DNA from: Octopus sinensis
Taxonomy: Eukaryota
Reading direction: 5' to 3'
DNA length: 64,000 bases
Assembly: GCF_006345805.1 (NCBI RefSeq)
Contig: NC_043016.1
Location: forward strand, 17,298,001 to 17,362,000
Below, piece after piece: positions 35,297-49,803 of this stretch. Within the stretch, counting starts at the first letter, position 1; every line of letters starts with the position of its first letter. Both the position numbers and the translations under genes were made by a program. The notes under the pieces are model-generated. The model was not told the origin of the DNA, ran no database searches, and worked only from the letters and a program-made list of their open reading frames with translations.

Positions 35297-38200
35297 CTCT
35301 CTCTCTCTCTCTCTCTCTCCCTTTCACTTCCTCTCCATTCCTCACCCTCTTGTACTATCATATATCTCTCTTCACCCCTACACACTCAATAAAACTGTAA
35401 AAAGTCAAAATTCCTGCAAAAGTTCAATTTGAAGACTCCACCAGAAAGGACGAAAGCGCTAATATATGATATATGATATAAGTTATATGATTTATAAAAA
35501 CATGTAACATACTAATAAATATCTTTAAATATAAAACCATCCAGATTTCTGAGTACCTCATTTCTTCTGATATATAATACCTGTACATCATCTCCAAACC
35601 TTAATATATATATATATATATATATATAATTAATTAATAAGGGTGAGAGAATTAGATACTAATTTAATAGTATATTTATTCAACACCAAGTGGCCTAGTG
35701 CTACGAGAAACCTGGATTATTATAATATTTTATAACATATTACAATACTTTTACAAAACAAATATAAGAGAGTGGTCAATATATTGCTCACTCTAGCACC
35801 AGTTAATCCAAAAGGTTTCAACCACGAAGATACATGTTTCCCATGAAAGCCAGTACGACTGTTAGCTCACACGGACAGGGCAAGTAAAAAATAACAAAAA
35901 TACAGATTATTTTGGGACAATTGTTTCGCTATTAATGAATTAAATGTAATATTACTTACAAAAAAATCCATTTGTAGCTCGTCAGCCAAGACTATCTGGA
36001 TGAAATCCACTCAATCACACGCCAGATTTTACCATAACGATAAATACGCGTGTGGTTCAATTGATTACATCCGACGTTATAATTCAAATGCCCCAACCAA
36101 CAGCGCGCCAAACTTTCACGGAAAACAGATACAGCATTTAGAAATAAATGCAGCATAATTATAATTAATTAATAAGGGTGAGAGAATTAGATACTAATTT
36201 AATAGTATATTTATTCAACACCAAGTGGCCTAGTGCTACGAGAAACCTGGATTATTATAATATCTTCGTGGTTGAAACCTTTTGGATTAACTGGTGCTAG
36301 AGTGAGCAATATATTGACCACTCTCTTATATTTGTTTTGTAAAAGTATTGTAATATGTTATAAAAATTATAATAATCCAGGTTCTCGTAGCACTAGGCCA
36401 CTTGGTGTTGAATAAATATACTATTAAATTAGTATCTAATTCTCTCACCCTTATTAATTAATTATAATTATGCTGCATTTATTTCTAAATGCTGTATCTG
36501 TTTTCCGTGAAAGTTTGGCGCGCTGTTGGTTGGGGCATTTGAATTATAACGTCGGATGTAATCAATTGAACCACACGCGTATTTATCGTTATGGTAAAAT
36601 CTGGCGTGTGATTGAGTGGATTTCATCCAGATAGTCTTGGCTGACGAGCTACAAATGGATTTTTTTGTAAGTAATATTACATTTAATTCATTAATAGCGA
36701 AACAATTGTCCCAAAATAATCTGTATTTTTGTTATTTTTTACTTGCCCTGTCCGTGTGAGCTAACAGTCGTACTGGCTTTCATGGGAAACATGTATCTTC
36801 GTGGTTGAAACCTTTTGGATTAACTGGTGCTAGAGTGAGCAATATATTGACCACTCTCTTATATTGTTTTATATATATATATAATATATATATATATAGA
36901 TAAGAAAGTTGATATATATATATGTACATACATACACACACACAAAGACTCACACATGTTTACACATACTCACACACACATGTAGAAGAAACAAAATATA
37001 CAATGTATGTGGCATGTTGTAATTCCATAAGTTTTCACTTAAAATTGCATAAATATGATAACAGAATTATTTGATACTTAGTAAAATATATAATCTCTCT
37101 AAGAATCCTATTTTTTATATCAGAAATGTGTTCTGAGTATTTTTTGTATGAACTAAAATGCTTCTTATATTAACTTGATTATTATTGTAATATTTAATCT
37201 TAAGTTTGATACTTGTAAAAAATAGTTATAATTGCAATGAATTTTTTTTTTTTTTGTTCTGGATGAATTTGGAACAAATTGAAATAACTTATTTCTCAGC
37301 ATGGTATGTTTTCAGGAATATATACTTGCAAGAATGTATGATATTTTTTAAGTATTTTATCATCATTTAATTTCCAGCATTTTTAAATGTTTTGCTTATA
37401 ATTTAAGTAATGTATTTAAATGTCATGTTGTCAAAGTTTGTACTTATAATTTTACATTTACATTGCCAATTCTGAATTGACAAATTTAACTCTATTTCTA
37501 AATTTCCAAATCAGATTTGTTTTATGATTTAAGTTCTTAGTAGCTTCTATATTTTCCAAATATTTCCAACAATTCACATCATGAATGTATCTTTCATTTT
37601 TTTTTTTTCCCTCTCTCAATTTTTCTTCTGCTGAAAGGAGACCCCTTGCAAACCTTCATGATTCTCTTCCTGCCTTGAATAGTAAATCACTTTTCAGATA
37701 TCATTCACTAATAAATGTTATTGTGCAGTAAATAATTCAAAATTTGGTCTACAACATCCTTAAACAAGTCTTTCTACTAAATTGGAGAAAACCTCAACAT
37801 CAATGAATCATTTCTAATGTAAACCTTCCAGCAAATGGATAAACTAAAATCTAATTATTTCTTTAATCTTCAGATGAAAACTGAAAGAAATTCCCGGTAG
37901 AAAATATTAATTAGCATAAGTAGTAATTAGAATTACTTTACCTTGATTAACATCCTTAAGAAGGTGCCCAGAGAAATATTTAACACCAAATTTTCTCTTC
38001 TGTTAACTTTTCTTTTATCTCTGTTTTGTCTGTACATTCTAGCAATTTACTCTGGAGAAATACCAGGTAAGTGGTTCAGTCAAGAATATACATTGGGCAT
38101 TCCTCCATCAATTCACATCTTTCTATGAGTCTCTTCTTTACTTTTTAATCCTTCTCAAGATAAACAACCAATTTTCTTCAGCATATACAATTTTACATTT

Positions 38201-38306
38201 AATTTGTATGTATACATATGTATGTGCGTGCATGTGTGTTTCTGTAGATTGTAACTCTTTGTATGTGCATCTATACATGTCTTCATATATATACATATAT
38301 AAATAA

Positions 38307-38369
<63 letters not shown>

Positions 38370-41300
38370 GAACGCATGTATAGATGCATTGTGTACTTAT
38401 GTGTTTGCATTTTTGCATATGTGTTGTTTATAAATTTATGAATCTATCTGTATATTTTTACAGCATTTTAAAGGTGGCCTTTCACAGCCTTTATTTTAGA
38501 ATTAAGATTATATTTTCTTCAGCTTTATGTTATAGTATAAGGGAAGCCATTCTGAAACAGCTTATATGAATTACCTCACTTGAATTGATACATCTTATCT
38601 AATCAATAGTAATAATGTCATTCCAAGAATTCTCTCAATTCTATACAAATTATACATCTAAATTAAATCCCTAATTTCATGAACAATTAGATGATGATGA
38701 TGATGATGATGATGAATTAAATCATGTATAAATAAAGGAAAAACAAAGCCATTTCTCCTCTTGTGAAGATTTTAGTATGTTTTGAAATAGAATTAAACAG
38801 CAACAGCATTTATCTCACACACACACACACACAAATGTTTTAGTATAGTCCATAACCATGAAAGATATGAAATTATGGGCAAAATGGCCCACTTTACTAA
38901 ATAAAACTTCAGTCACTATAGAAATATTATAATAATTATAATCATTGGAATTATGGAAATATAATAATTATAATCAGTAAAGTCTACTAATTAGACAATT
39001 AGTCACTATTATAGGAACAAGGGAGAAGACCTCGCTTCGATGAATTTCTTAAACCCCCCCCCTCTTTCTTTTGTTGTCCTTGTTGTGAACATCCACCCAA
39101 AGCCCGAAACTAACTTCTACATTCAGGGTTTTCATGCATCTGAAATTCCTGACCTGCCCTGGGTCTTCCTGCTGCTGTAAATTTTCAACTTTTCAATTAA
39201 GGAGGAGCAATGAAGTTGTATGAATCTCGCCAACTTTGGGGGGCTTGGAGCATAGCCTGTCGTCCAGATCAATCCATTATTGTTAAAAACACACTCACAT
39301 ATGGCGGTGCCCCAGCAAATGGCGGTGCCCCAGCAAATGGCGGTGCCCCAGCATGGCCACAGCTCAAGAGCTGAAACTGGAAAACATAAGCATAAATATG
39401 CTTCCACCACACACACACACACACACACAATGCAGCCCAATATAAAAGTGCCAGTGCAGTGCCACATAAAAAGCACCCAGCACTCTCTCTGAAGTGGTTG
39501 GCATTAGGAAGGGCAGCTTCCAGCTGTAGAAACTATGTCAAATCAGACTGGAACTTGGTGCAGCTCCCCAGCTTGCCAGCTCTGGTCACACTGTCCAACC
39601 CATGCCAGCATGGACAATGGACATTAAATGATGATGATGATGATGATGATGATATGTCTAAGAATCTATGTTGGAAGAAAACAGGCACCTGTATATTTGT
39701 CAACAGAGTGGGCACATTGATATTTATACAATTACAGTGTCACAGATCCATTGTAGCTAAGATTACCAATCAGTTTTGCACATGAGAGTTTGGTGGGGGT
39801 GGGGGTGGGGGATAACCTAATCTCAGCACATGTCAGAGGGGGCTAGTAGGAAAGGTTATTGTTATGACTTTTTGCTGTCATCAGGTTGGGTGGGGGTGGG
39901 TCATATAGTGCCACATTTAGTGTGTGGGTGTTGTGTGACAAACTGAAATGTAAAAAGAAAAAAGAAAAACCTGTGTGAAAAGTTCAGAGGGTAAGTTACC
40001 TTGAGTTATGTCCCTTGGACAAGAATCAGATTGTCTTCATGGTGTAAAAGAGATAACTGCCAGCTGAATGGGATTGGAACTGTGGGTACAGAGGAGGGAG
40101 ATTGGAGTGTAGTCAGTCTTGAAATCAAAATCTTAAATTGTATATGCATGTGTGTGTTTGTATGTTATAAGCTGGGCATGGTAGATCTTGTGCTGCACTC
40201 TTGGACTGGTGATGAGAAGTACTGAGGGTGGAAGCTCTAACGTTCGGCAGACAGACTTGCAGAAATATGTGGGCATGACAGAAGGTTCTTTCCGAAGCAG
40301 ATTTAACAAACAGTACTCCTGTAATATCCAGGAGAGGTGAAATGGTGCAGCCTTAGCTAGATATATATGGTCATTGAGAGAAAAGACTATGAATAGCAGT
40401 ATCAAGTGGAAAGTAGTTGAGAGGTGTAAACCTTACCTCAATAGCAGTAGGAAGTGGTGCTGGCTGTGCTTGGTAGAGGAAAGAATTATACTAAAGAACT
40501 CTCTTCACTTGGTTACTGATCTAAACTGTAAAAGGAAATTTCTTCTGAAGTCACCCATATGAAAGGAAAGTTGTTTGGATACTGGCAGACTGCACCATGA
40601 ATATAAATGGTGGAGCTACCACCATCAGGACTTACTGCTGTCACAATCTGAGGAATCAGCAGAAGGTCTACCACATCCAGCTTGTTACATACACTACACA
40701 CACACACACATACATATACATGACCACACATGCTATTAAATTTGACACCCACATCATCCCCACTTTCTTCTCCTTTCCCTGCAATCACATCATCTCCATT
40801 CTCCCCGGACACTAACCCCAGCTTCTCTCTTCAGTCACCCTTTATTTTGTGAAGATGCTCAGATCCTTGTTCAAGCAGCATAATGCTAATTGAATTCCCT
40901 TTTGAACTCCCTACAAACTGGATGTCAGAGTTCCTTACTTCCAATGGAAGAGAGTTGTCACCACACTCTTCCTATCAGCCCCTCTGATGAGTATCGGGAT
41001 TGAGTTTTCCTCCAAACTCTTGTGTTGCAAAACAGTTTGGTGAAATTGGCTGAAATGAATCTATAATACTGTATTTTATAAATATATATTTATATATTCA
41101 AACATAAAGAGAATCCCTTTATTGCCAGTAGAAGTAATAGCTCAGTCTATTAGGTTGCCTAGGTAACAGAAGCAATCAATTTATTTCTATAGAAATGGAC
41201 TTCATATGTCTACCTGCCTATATACATCTTGTACACCCATAGTTCATATAAGTGTGTCTCTGGGTGTGAAAATAAAAATTTACTTTGAAACTCATTCAGT

Positions 41301-44300
41301 AACTCCTCTCTCCTATCTCACGTATCTTCCTCATCTTTCTCACCCTCCTACTTATGATTACCATCAATATTTACCTACTTACTTGGTAAATGCTAACAAT
41401 AATGGTAATGAGGTCTACTATTTGGCCCAAAGCCATTTCTCTTGATTTTGTATCCTCACACATATAAGATCTAACATCATTAAGTCTATCCACATCACTT
41501 CTACTATCTACATTTCATCTTTTATGCAAGTTAAGGCTGCACATCCAAGCAGATCATTTTCAAATCATTTATTTTCATACTCTACAGAAAGCAGGTCTCA
41601 GGAGTTTCAAAGCCTAAATCTCACTCTCATGTGACATAACCCTTCTTATGTTTTTGACATAATATGTATATAAGATTTTAAAAAATCCTTTGTTAACAAC
41701 AAGAACAACAACTCTTTGAAGCTCTCTCCCCCACATTTCTCACTTTAGCTCTATGCATTTACTCTGTTTACCTTCAGTACTAATTATGTTATCTTCATGA
41801 AACTATCTACCCTTCAAGAGAATCATTTGAGGATTTCCTAGACTTCATTTTATGGATGTTCCTCTTGCCATCTACCCATTTACATTCGGTTTATCTGAGT
41901 GACTGGTTCTCTTTTAATCTGTGAATGGTGTCAAGATTCTTATCTCCACTTTCCTTCTATATCAAGCAAGGATCCCTCCAAGATGGCACTGGTATCTTGA
42001 TTATCCTGTTTCTTATCAGAATTATAGTCTTTCTTGTATTGACCATTAATTCCTGGGAGTACAGATTATTCTATTAGTTACAGACATTTTCTAAAGATTT
42101 TTCAATAGATTCTGCAATGAGAATCAAGTCATGATCACATGACATTTCCAAAATGTATGCAATTCTGGTGTCCTTAAAGATTATGAAGATTTCGAAGATT
42201 GTGACAGCATAGGTGAAGAATACCCTCATATCTAATGAATTTAAATTGTACACTGAATGAAGGAGTCCTGAACTCCCTCAAGTCACTTGTGAACCGATTA
42301 TCTTATTGTAATTTTCTCATCACCCACCTGAGTACAGATCAGGGATCTCTGTTCACTTGTCTTGAAAAAGAACTCTTGCAGCTATATTTCTAAATATATG
42401 ACACCTGTGTTGCCATATTCTGTTCCAATCCTAAACAGTGTGTTGCCCTAGCTGATTATATCTGGTGATGACTTTACATACCATATTCTCAGTTTCCATC
42501 CTAATTTAATTACTCAATCCATAAATATAAGACTTCTATAATTACTTCTCTCTGGAACATCATATTCACTTTTGTGGCTTTTGATGTTGGCATTACCAAA
42601 CCAGTCATTAGGAATTAGAAGTAATTCCTATGGTATTGATTTAATCTGATGATTTTAGTGCCTCAGTATTGATCTCTTCAATATGAAAGATCAATAAATA
42701 GAACAATAAAATATTTATTGACAAAATTTCACAATATAGTAGGTGGTGGCTAATACTCTTGAAATAAATATTGTATTGGTACCATGAGTGCTATTTGTAC
42801 CAGTCGTCTGTTTGGACACACGTGAATTTAACATAATGATTGAAATAGCAGAACTAACCTAGAAATATCAAGTTCTGAAGTTATTGAAGATAAAGGTAAA
42901 TGGTTCAGTGAGATAAAATGTAAAAAAAAAAAAAAAAAAATGAAAAAAAAAATGAACTTTCTTCAAGCAGTCCAAATTCATGAAAAAGTCTAAAAAGAAT
43001 CTGATATTTTCCTTTATAACTGAAGATACTTCAACTGATTACTTAAACTTAGCTTTCATACATGTATTGGCTGCTGTTGCTGTTGTTAAAAAGCCTCTTT
43101 TACAAAAGCATTTTTACAAAAGCATCTTTACAAAAAGCATTTTTACAAAATTATCTTATATTGACCTCACATATATGAAAGTTAAATATGAATACAAAGT
43201 ATTATTAAGCCCTATACTCTTTGGACACCATTTAATCAGATTAATTAAGAAATATTTCTTGGTTAACCAATAAAATGTTCGAGGGTAACATTTAGCTATT
43301 ATCTTTAAAAAACTGTGTTATTGACATAGAAATCTTTTTATATGTTGGAAGCAAATTTACTCTCATGGCAAGAATAAAAGAAATTTGAAAGTAAAATAAT
43401 AAACAACATTTTCTTCACCGGATTTCGCCCATAATTAGTGAAAGTAATTAATTTAAAAACAACAAACTTGTATTCTGAATGAAATTTCAAATCTTTATAT
43501 TTCTCCAAACTGAATTGATATTTAATCTAGTTTTAATGTAGACTTTACCTGTATATATATATATATTGATTTTTTAATTATATTTTGGTTAAAATAAGCT
43601 ATCTGATATCCAAAATTTAAACCAGAATCTTAATTTCATTGAATGTCTGTGTAAATATGTGTATAGATATTGGTGTGTGAAAATCTGAACTCACTGAGAT
43701 TTCAAGTGAAATGACAAGTTTTCTTCCTGCATGTTGTTGACTTTTCTTAAAACAGTTAATAATAATTTTTTTCTTTGAATTCTATGAAATGTTTCCTTCA
43801 TAACCGAAATGAAAACAAAATGTTAACACTTTAAGCAATTCTCTGATTTTTAACGAATTTTTCAAGTAAATGTTCTTTTTTTTATCTTTATCATTATCTC
43901 ATAATATATTGCCATAATATATTTCAGGAATGTCTTGCCCAGGCATATATATTAATGTATAAATAACTTAGTTATTAAGAAATACTGTGAATTAATTGAT
44001 GCTTTGCATTTTCATTATGTTGATGAATTCATCCAAACATGATATTGTTTGGTTTAAGAGTTCTTTCCGTTTCAACAAGCTGAAGTACTCTCCAGTTAAT
44101 TACTCCCCAGATAACGACTTCACATCATTAAACTCAGTAATTTACATTTCTTTCAAGCAGATTGATTCTTTTTGAAGTTTCCTTGTAAACTTAGCTTTAG
44201 TAATACTTGTATTTTTTTTTCTTTGAATAGAAGACACAGTGTTTTATTACTTCAGTGTCAAAAGAGTATATTAATATATTTGTGTTCTTTTTATTCATTT

Positions 44301-45282
44301 TTATTGAATAATCAAAACATTGCAAAAAATCAAAGAAAAATCACATTCCGAAACAAATACATAAATTCCAGTAAACATTTTTTTTTCTCTTGATAATATG
44401 GGATTTATATTTTCTAAATAATATGATTTAAGGAAATTTGTTCTACAAAAGCTTCCAGCTCTTTGAAAACTATCAAATTTTATACATTTGTTTTATAAAG
44501 GAAAGCCATAATCCTTATTCTATCTATTTGACCGTAATACATTTCTCGATTGGTAAATTATTCTCAATCATTCAATACTTAGCGGCATGTTCTGATTCTT
44601 TCTTCTATGTCATGTGATTTGTGATTCTCTTCTCCAATATTTTAGCATGCTTATTCTTCACTACTGTGATTGTATAATACAAAAATGTACGGTAACTCTA
44701 AAATTTCTCTTTTACTGATAGAACTTTCCAATTCATCGCTTACATTTATTTGTTCCAATAATTATGAGTGAATCATTTGTTTTATCAAAACAAATAACAT
44801 CATGATAACAACAAAAATGAATACTTCTGCGATAACAACTTTTTCTTCATCCTAACAACTTTTAACACGACATGTCATTGCCACATTTCTTCAAATGCTG
44901 GCAACAACATCGCATAACCCTTTCCAAATAACTCTTGCAATGAAAAAAAGAAAAAAATGTCTGAAAATGGGAATGATTGATGGTTTGTGAAGTTGTTTGA
45001 AACACATTTAAAGAATAAATCTGAAGAGGTAGGTGTGTGTATATGTGTTATATATGTAAATGATATATTCATCTATATATATGTATGTATGTATGTATGT
45101 ATATTTTTATATATGTGCATTGTATTAGATTATATATATATAGATATGTATATATATATATAGATATCTATGTATATACACACATACATACATATGTATG
45201 TATGTATCTATGATATATATATGAATGTACATAAATTTATACATGAACATATGCATGTATGTGCATCTATGTACATGCACAC

Positions 45283-45314
<32 letters not shown>

Positions 45315-46239
45315 ATGTATATATATATATATATATATGTATAATAAATAGACTGACAGAAGCAGTATTAATACCAAAATATAAAATATTCACCACTTAA
45401 AAGTGGATGTTGTGTTAGAACACACAGATACTGTAATACTTTCCTTGAGAGAAAAACTCTCTTATGGTTTTTTTGAGGGCATAAAAGCACATCATAGTTA
45501 TTGCCAGTGGCAGACAATCACAGTTACTTCCACTGCCAGGACTACCAGATCACGAGATTTTGGCCTCATTTGACCTTGTCAATAGTATATACTTGACCAC
45601 TAGAAATAGAAGAAACTGTTGCGCTAACAATATACATAGAAACACAGAGCTCTATCAGGCACTGGTCTTATTATATAAAAAAAACAAAACAAATAAAGTG
45701 ACAAAAGCAGTATAAATATCAAAATTCCTCAAGCTTTTAATGACACCAGTGCCTGATTGGGCTCTGTGTTTCTATGTATATTGCTAGTATAGCAGTTATT
45801 GCTATTTCTAGCAGCCAGGTATCTACCATTGACAAGACCAAAAGAGGCCAAAATCACATGATCTGGTATTCCTGGCAGTGGAAGTGGCTGTGATTGTCTG
45901 CCACGGGTAATAGCTATGATATGCTTTTATGCAGTGATAAACAATATGGGAATATTTCTCTCTTGGTAAATATTGCAGTACTTGTCTGCTCTAAAATAAC
46001 ATCCACTTTTAAGTGGTGAATAATTTGTTTATACACACACATATATATATACACACATACACATATACACATTATATATATATAAACATATATATATATT
46101 ATATATATATATATTATATATGATGTGGCACTGAAAATGTAATAAAGGCATTTCAAAATAAACTATTCTCTTCTATACAGAAGCATGATATCTATTGCAC
46201 GTCTAAATAAAACTTTAAGTGTGTGTGTGTGTGTGTGTT

Positions 46240-46271
<32 letters not shown>

Positions 46272-46393
46272 GAGTTTCTCAGATTGGAACCTGGTGCAGC
46301 CTCCTGGCTTGCTACTCAGTCAAACCGTCCAACCCACGCCAGCATGGAAAGTGGATGTTAAGCGATGATGATGATAGACACACACAGTTTATA

Positions 46394-46442
<49 letters not shown>

Positions 46443-48965
46443 TACATTAGAATCACATATACATGAAAGTGTGTAATAAGCATGAGGTGGTATCAAAAAG
46501 TTCCCAGACTAGTTCTGTACCATGCCAACAGATGGCAGCACATGGTTGCATGTGCAGTGAAAGTAAGAAAGATTCTTTCATGAGGCAATGTTCCAAATGA
46601 CATCACTGTGTTTACTTAGCAAGTTGTGAAATTTGGTTTTTAGTGATCCTGTGTATGCTGTGTTTGTCTGTGATTTTTGTCATGGATAGGATCAGAGAGC
46701 CAATGTGATATTTTGCATTAAATTTCGGAAGTCTGCTACAGAAATGTTGACCATGCTTCAGCAAATTTATGGTGATGAGCCAATGGATTGTACACAATGT
46801 TTTGAGTGATACAGGTGCTTCAAAAGTGGAAAAATGTCCCTCAAAGATGATGAGTGATCTGGAAGACCTGCCATGAGCATCACCCCTGGAAATGTGGTGT
46901 TGTGCACTGAAAATCCATCCTCCAGGGCCATACCATCAATCAAAAGTCCTACTGTGACATTTTGAAGCATTTGAGAGGGGAGATTTGACAAGGGCAACTA
47001 GATTTGTGGTGTGCAAAGAATTGGATTCTTCATGATGACAATGCACCTGGTCACCAAACTCTCCTCGTCAGTTTCTCACCAAAGACAACATGGTATCACT
47101 TCCACACCCACCCTATTCACCAGATTTAGTACCTGCAGACTTCCATCTCTTCCTCAAGATGAAAATGCAGCTCAAAAGGTCGCTGTTTTAACACTGTTGT
47201 TCAGATCCAGAGTGAATCACAGGAGGTCCTTGACTCACGGAAAATGACTTCCAGGGCCAATTCCAAAAGTGGCAGGAATGCTGGGACAGGTTTGTTGCTG
47301 TGCAAGGTGACTATTTCGAGGATGATGATGTTGAAACTTACGTTTAATAAAAAACAACTTACTAACCAAACTAGTCTGAGAACTTTTTGATACCCCTTTA
47401 TATATATAGATCTGACTGGACTGGTGCAGCTTTCGGGCTCCCCAGACCCCAGTTGAACCGTCCAACCCATGCTAGCATGGAAAGCGGATGTTAAATGATG
47501 ATGATGATGATATACTGGGAAAATATCAACAAATTTCCCAGTGTAGATCAAACCATAAATCTCCTACAATCTAAGTCAGTATACTATTCTACACTTTATT
47601 TTTTTACCTTCTTTTAGTCATATGTTGGGACATGATAACCATTTTGCTCTAGAGGTATCGACATTCTCATAAGAGGCAGATTGAGATCTGGCCATTGGGC
47701 CACTAATACCTAGAGACACATTGTGATAATTTCTGCATTCGTTCTTTGAATGTCTTATCACAGAGAAAGTCTTTTGTACAATAACTTTTGATCTCATTTC
47801 ACATTGGTAAAACTACTATGAATTTATTTCTGTTTAATGTAATTTAATTAACTACTTCTCATTTAATATCTGTTGGCTCAAGCAATATGCCCATGTTTTA
47901 ATCCTATACTTGATTAAAAAGCAATTATATAGGCATTATTGAATTTTTTAAATTGTTATTTATAGAATGATCAAATTCTTCTCAATATCTTCTGCACAAA
48001 GTCTTTCTGGAACTGATTTGAGCTGTTCCTTATTTTTCCCTTTGAAGTATTTTTTTAATAATACATATGGATTAATATTGATTAAATTCAGTTGTTGTTG
48101 TTGTTATTATATATATTATAAATTGATTCTAGAAGAAATTTTTAAGAGCATGGTTGTGTGATTAACAAATTCAAATATCAACAAAATGATTTCAGTTTTG
48201 ATTCCACAGAATGGTACCACGGGCAAGTATCTTCAACTATAGCCTCTGTTTAACTGATAGTTTGTGACTAGATTTGAAAGACAGTGCCAAACATCAAATA
48301 TATCTATATACATTCATTCATTTTCAATGTCTATTTTTCCAAGTTAGCATGGGGCTGGATGAATATATTTTTAAGGCATTGTTTTATATCAAGATGCTCT
48401 TTCTTATGCTAACCCTTATTTGTTTTTAAATAATGATCTCTTATTTCATACAGCTTCGAAGGCATGGAGCAAGCAGGCATTTTATTTACAGGAGAAAACT
48501 GTGTGAATGTCCTGATTTTGGAATAAACAAGTACCAACAAACACATACACACACCCATGCACATATACGTGCACACACACACACATACACAAGATATTTA
48601 AAAGACTTTGCAAAACATAATTGATACTGTCACAATATTTAAAGAAAGATTTTTCGTAAAAGTTATTAATTATCTAAAAAGAAAAAAAATCAGAATGTTA
48701 CAAGCCTTTGGAGAAGTTTTGTATTATTTACATTATTTACATTTGACAGATATTTGTCCTCATATTGTTTTGGCTGATATCCCCTCTAGCCTTCATCAGG
48801 TGCCTTGGGAAAATTTCGAACCTGGAGTTCTCATTCCTAAGGTATTTTTCAATGTTATTGTTGTTGTTGATGTTGTTAATATTATTATTATTATTATTAT
48901 ATGGTGTAGCGGTTAAGAGTGTGGGCTACTAACCTAAAAATTCTGAGTTTGATGCCAGGCAGTGA

Positions 48966-49006
<41 letters not shown>

Positions 49007-49767
49007 TCGAAAAATACCTTAGGAATTAGAATCCAAATTCGAAATTTCCCCAAGACACCTGATGAAGCTGGAGGGTATATCAGCCACAATGTTGCGTTAA
49101 CAACAAACAAGATGAGGACAAATATCAATCAAATGTAAATAATTTCTCATCTCTTAAATATAGTACTGTAAGTTTTGTATTGTGCATAAGCATTTCATTG
49201 TTCAATTTTCCAAATACACATATTCTGACCTAAATCGTACAGAGGAAGTTCTTTTTAGAAATGGTGTTAAACAATTTCTGGTTTAGCTATGGATTTTGAA
49301 TTCTTATTAAATATTATTCTTAAGCCTTTTTTAGTTGATCATTTTTCATCTTTTATTCTATAAAACGGGAATTCAAAATATTCCCTTTTTATAGAATAAA
49401 AGATGAAAAATGATCAACTACAAAAGGTTTAAGAATAATATTTAATAAGAATTCAAAATCCATAGCTAAACCAGAAATTGTTTAACACCATTTCTAAAAA
49501 GAACTTCCTCTGTACGATTTAGGTCAGAATATGTGTATTTGGAAAATTGAACAATGAAACGCTTTAATCTTTTCCAAAGGCTAATGAGGTTTTTTTTTTA
49601 TATATACAGGTGCAGGCATGGCTGTGTATTAAGAAGCTTGCTTCCCAATCACATGGTTGTGGGTTCAGTCCCACTGTTTGGCACCTTGGGCAACTGTTTT
49701 CTATAGCATCAGGCTAACCAAAGTCTTATGAGTTGATTTGGTAGACAGAAACTGAAAGAGGGCCATT

Positions 49768-49803
<36 letters not shown>

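Larger units (their letters stand above)
35627..36866. mobile_element. Penelope pLTR/retrozyme-like non-autonomous element: ~1.2 units inverted + ~1.13 units direct of a 533-535 bp monomer
   Basis: 35627-36262 is the reverse complement of the unit in 36262-36866, with two 1-bp indels seen. There is a tat microhomology at the junction and both outer ends abut (TA)n. Confidence 0.8.

Noticed and set aside
39301-39355. Triple 18-bp repeat atggcggtgccccagcaa
   Set aside because: Local slippage duplication in a SINE tail.
44870-44940. Strong minus-strand acceptor suggesting the last exon of a nested antisense gene
   Set aside because: No upstream partner exons found and no recognisable protein in any frame. 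Neighbouring sequence looks more like a very decayed RT remnant.
47618-47654. Candidate small exon with a good acceptor (similar cases at 48454, 50871, 13241, 30251 and 53799)
   Set aside because: In-frame stop in phase 1, length not a multiple of 3, or no donor.
48901-48969. tRNA-like sequences here, at 7326-7700 and in SINE heads as real tRNA genes
   Set aside because: Acceptor stems do not pair and they are embedded in repeats, so they are treated as SINE-type heads.
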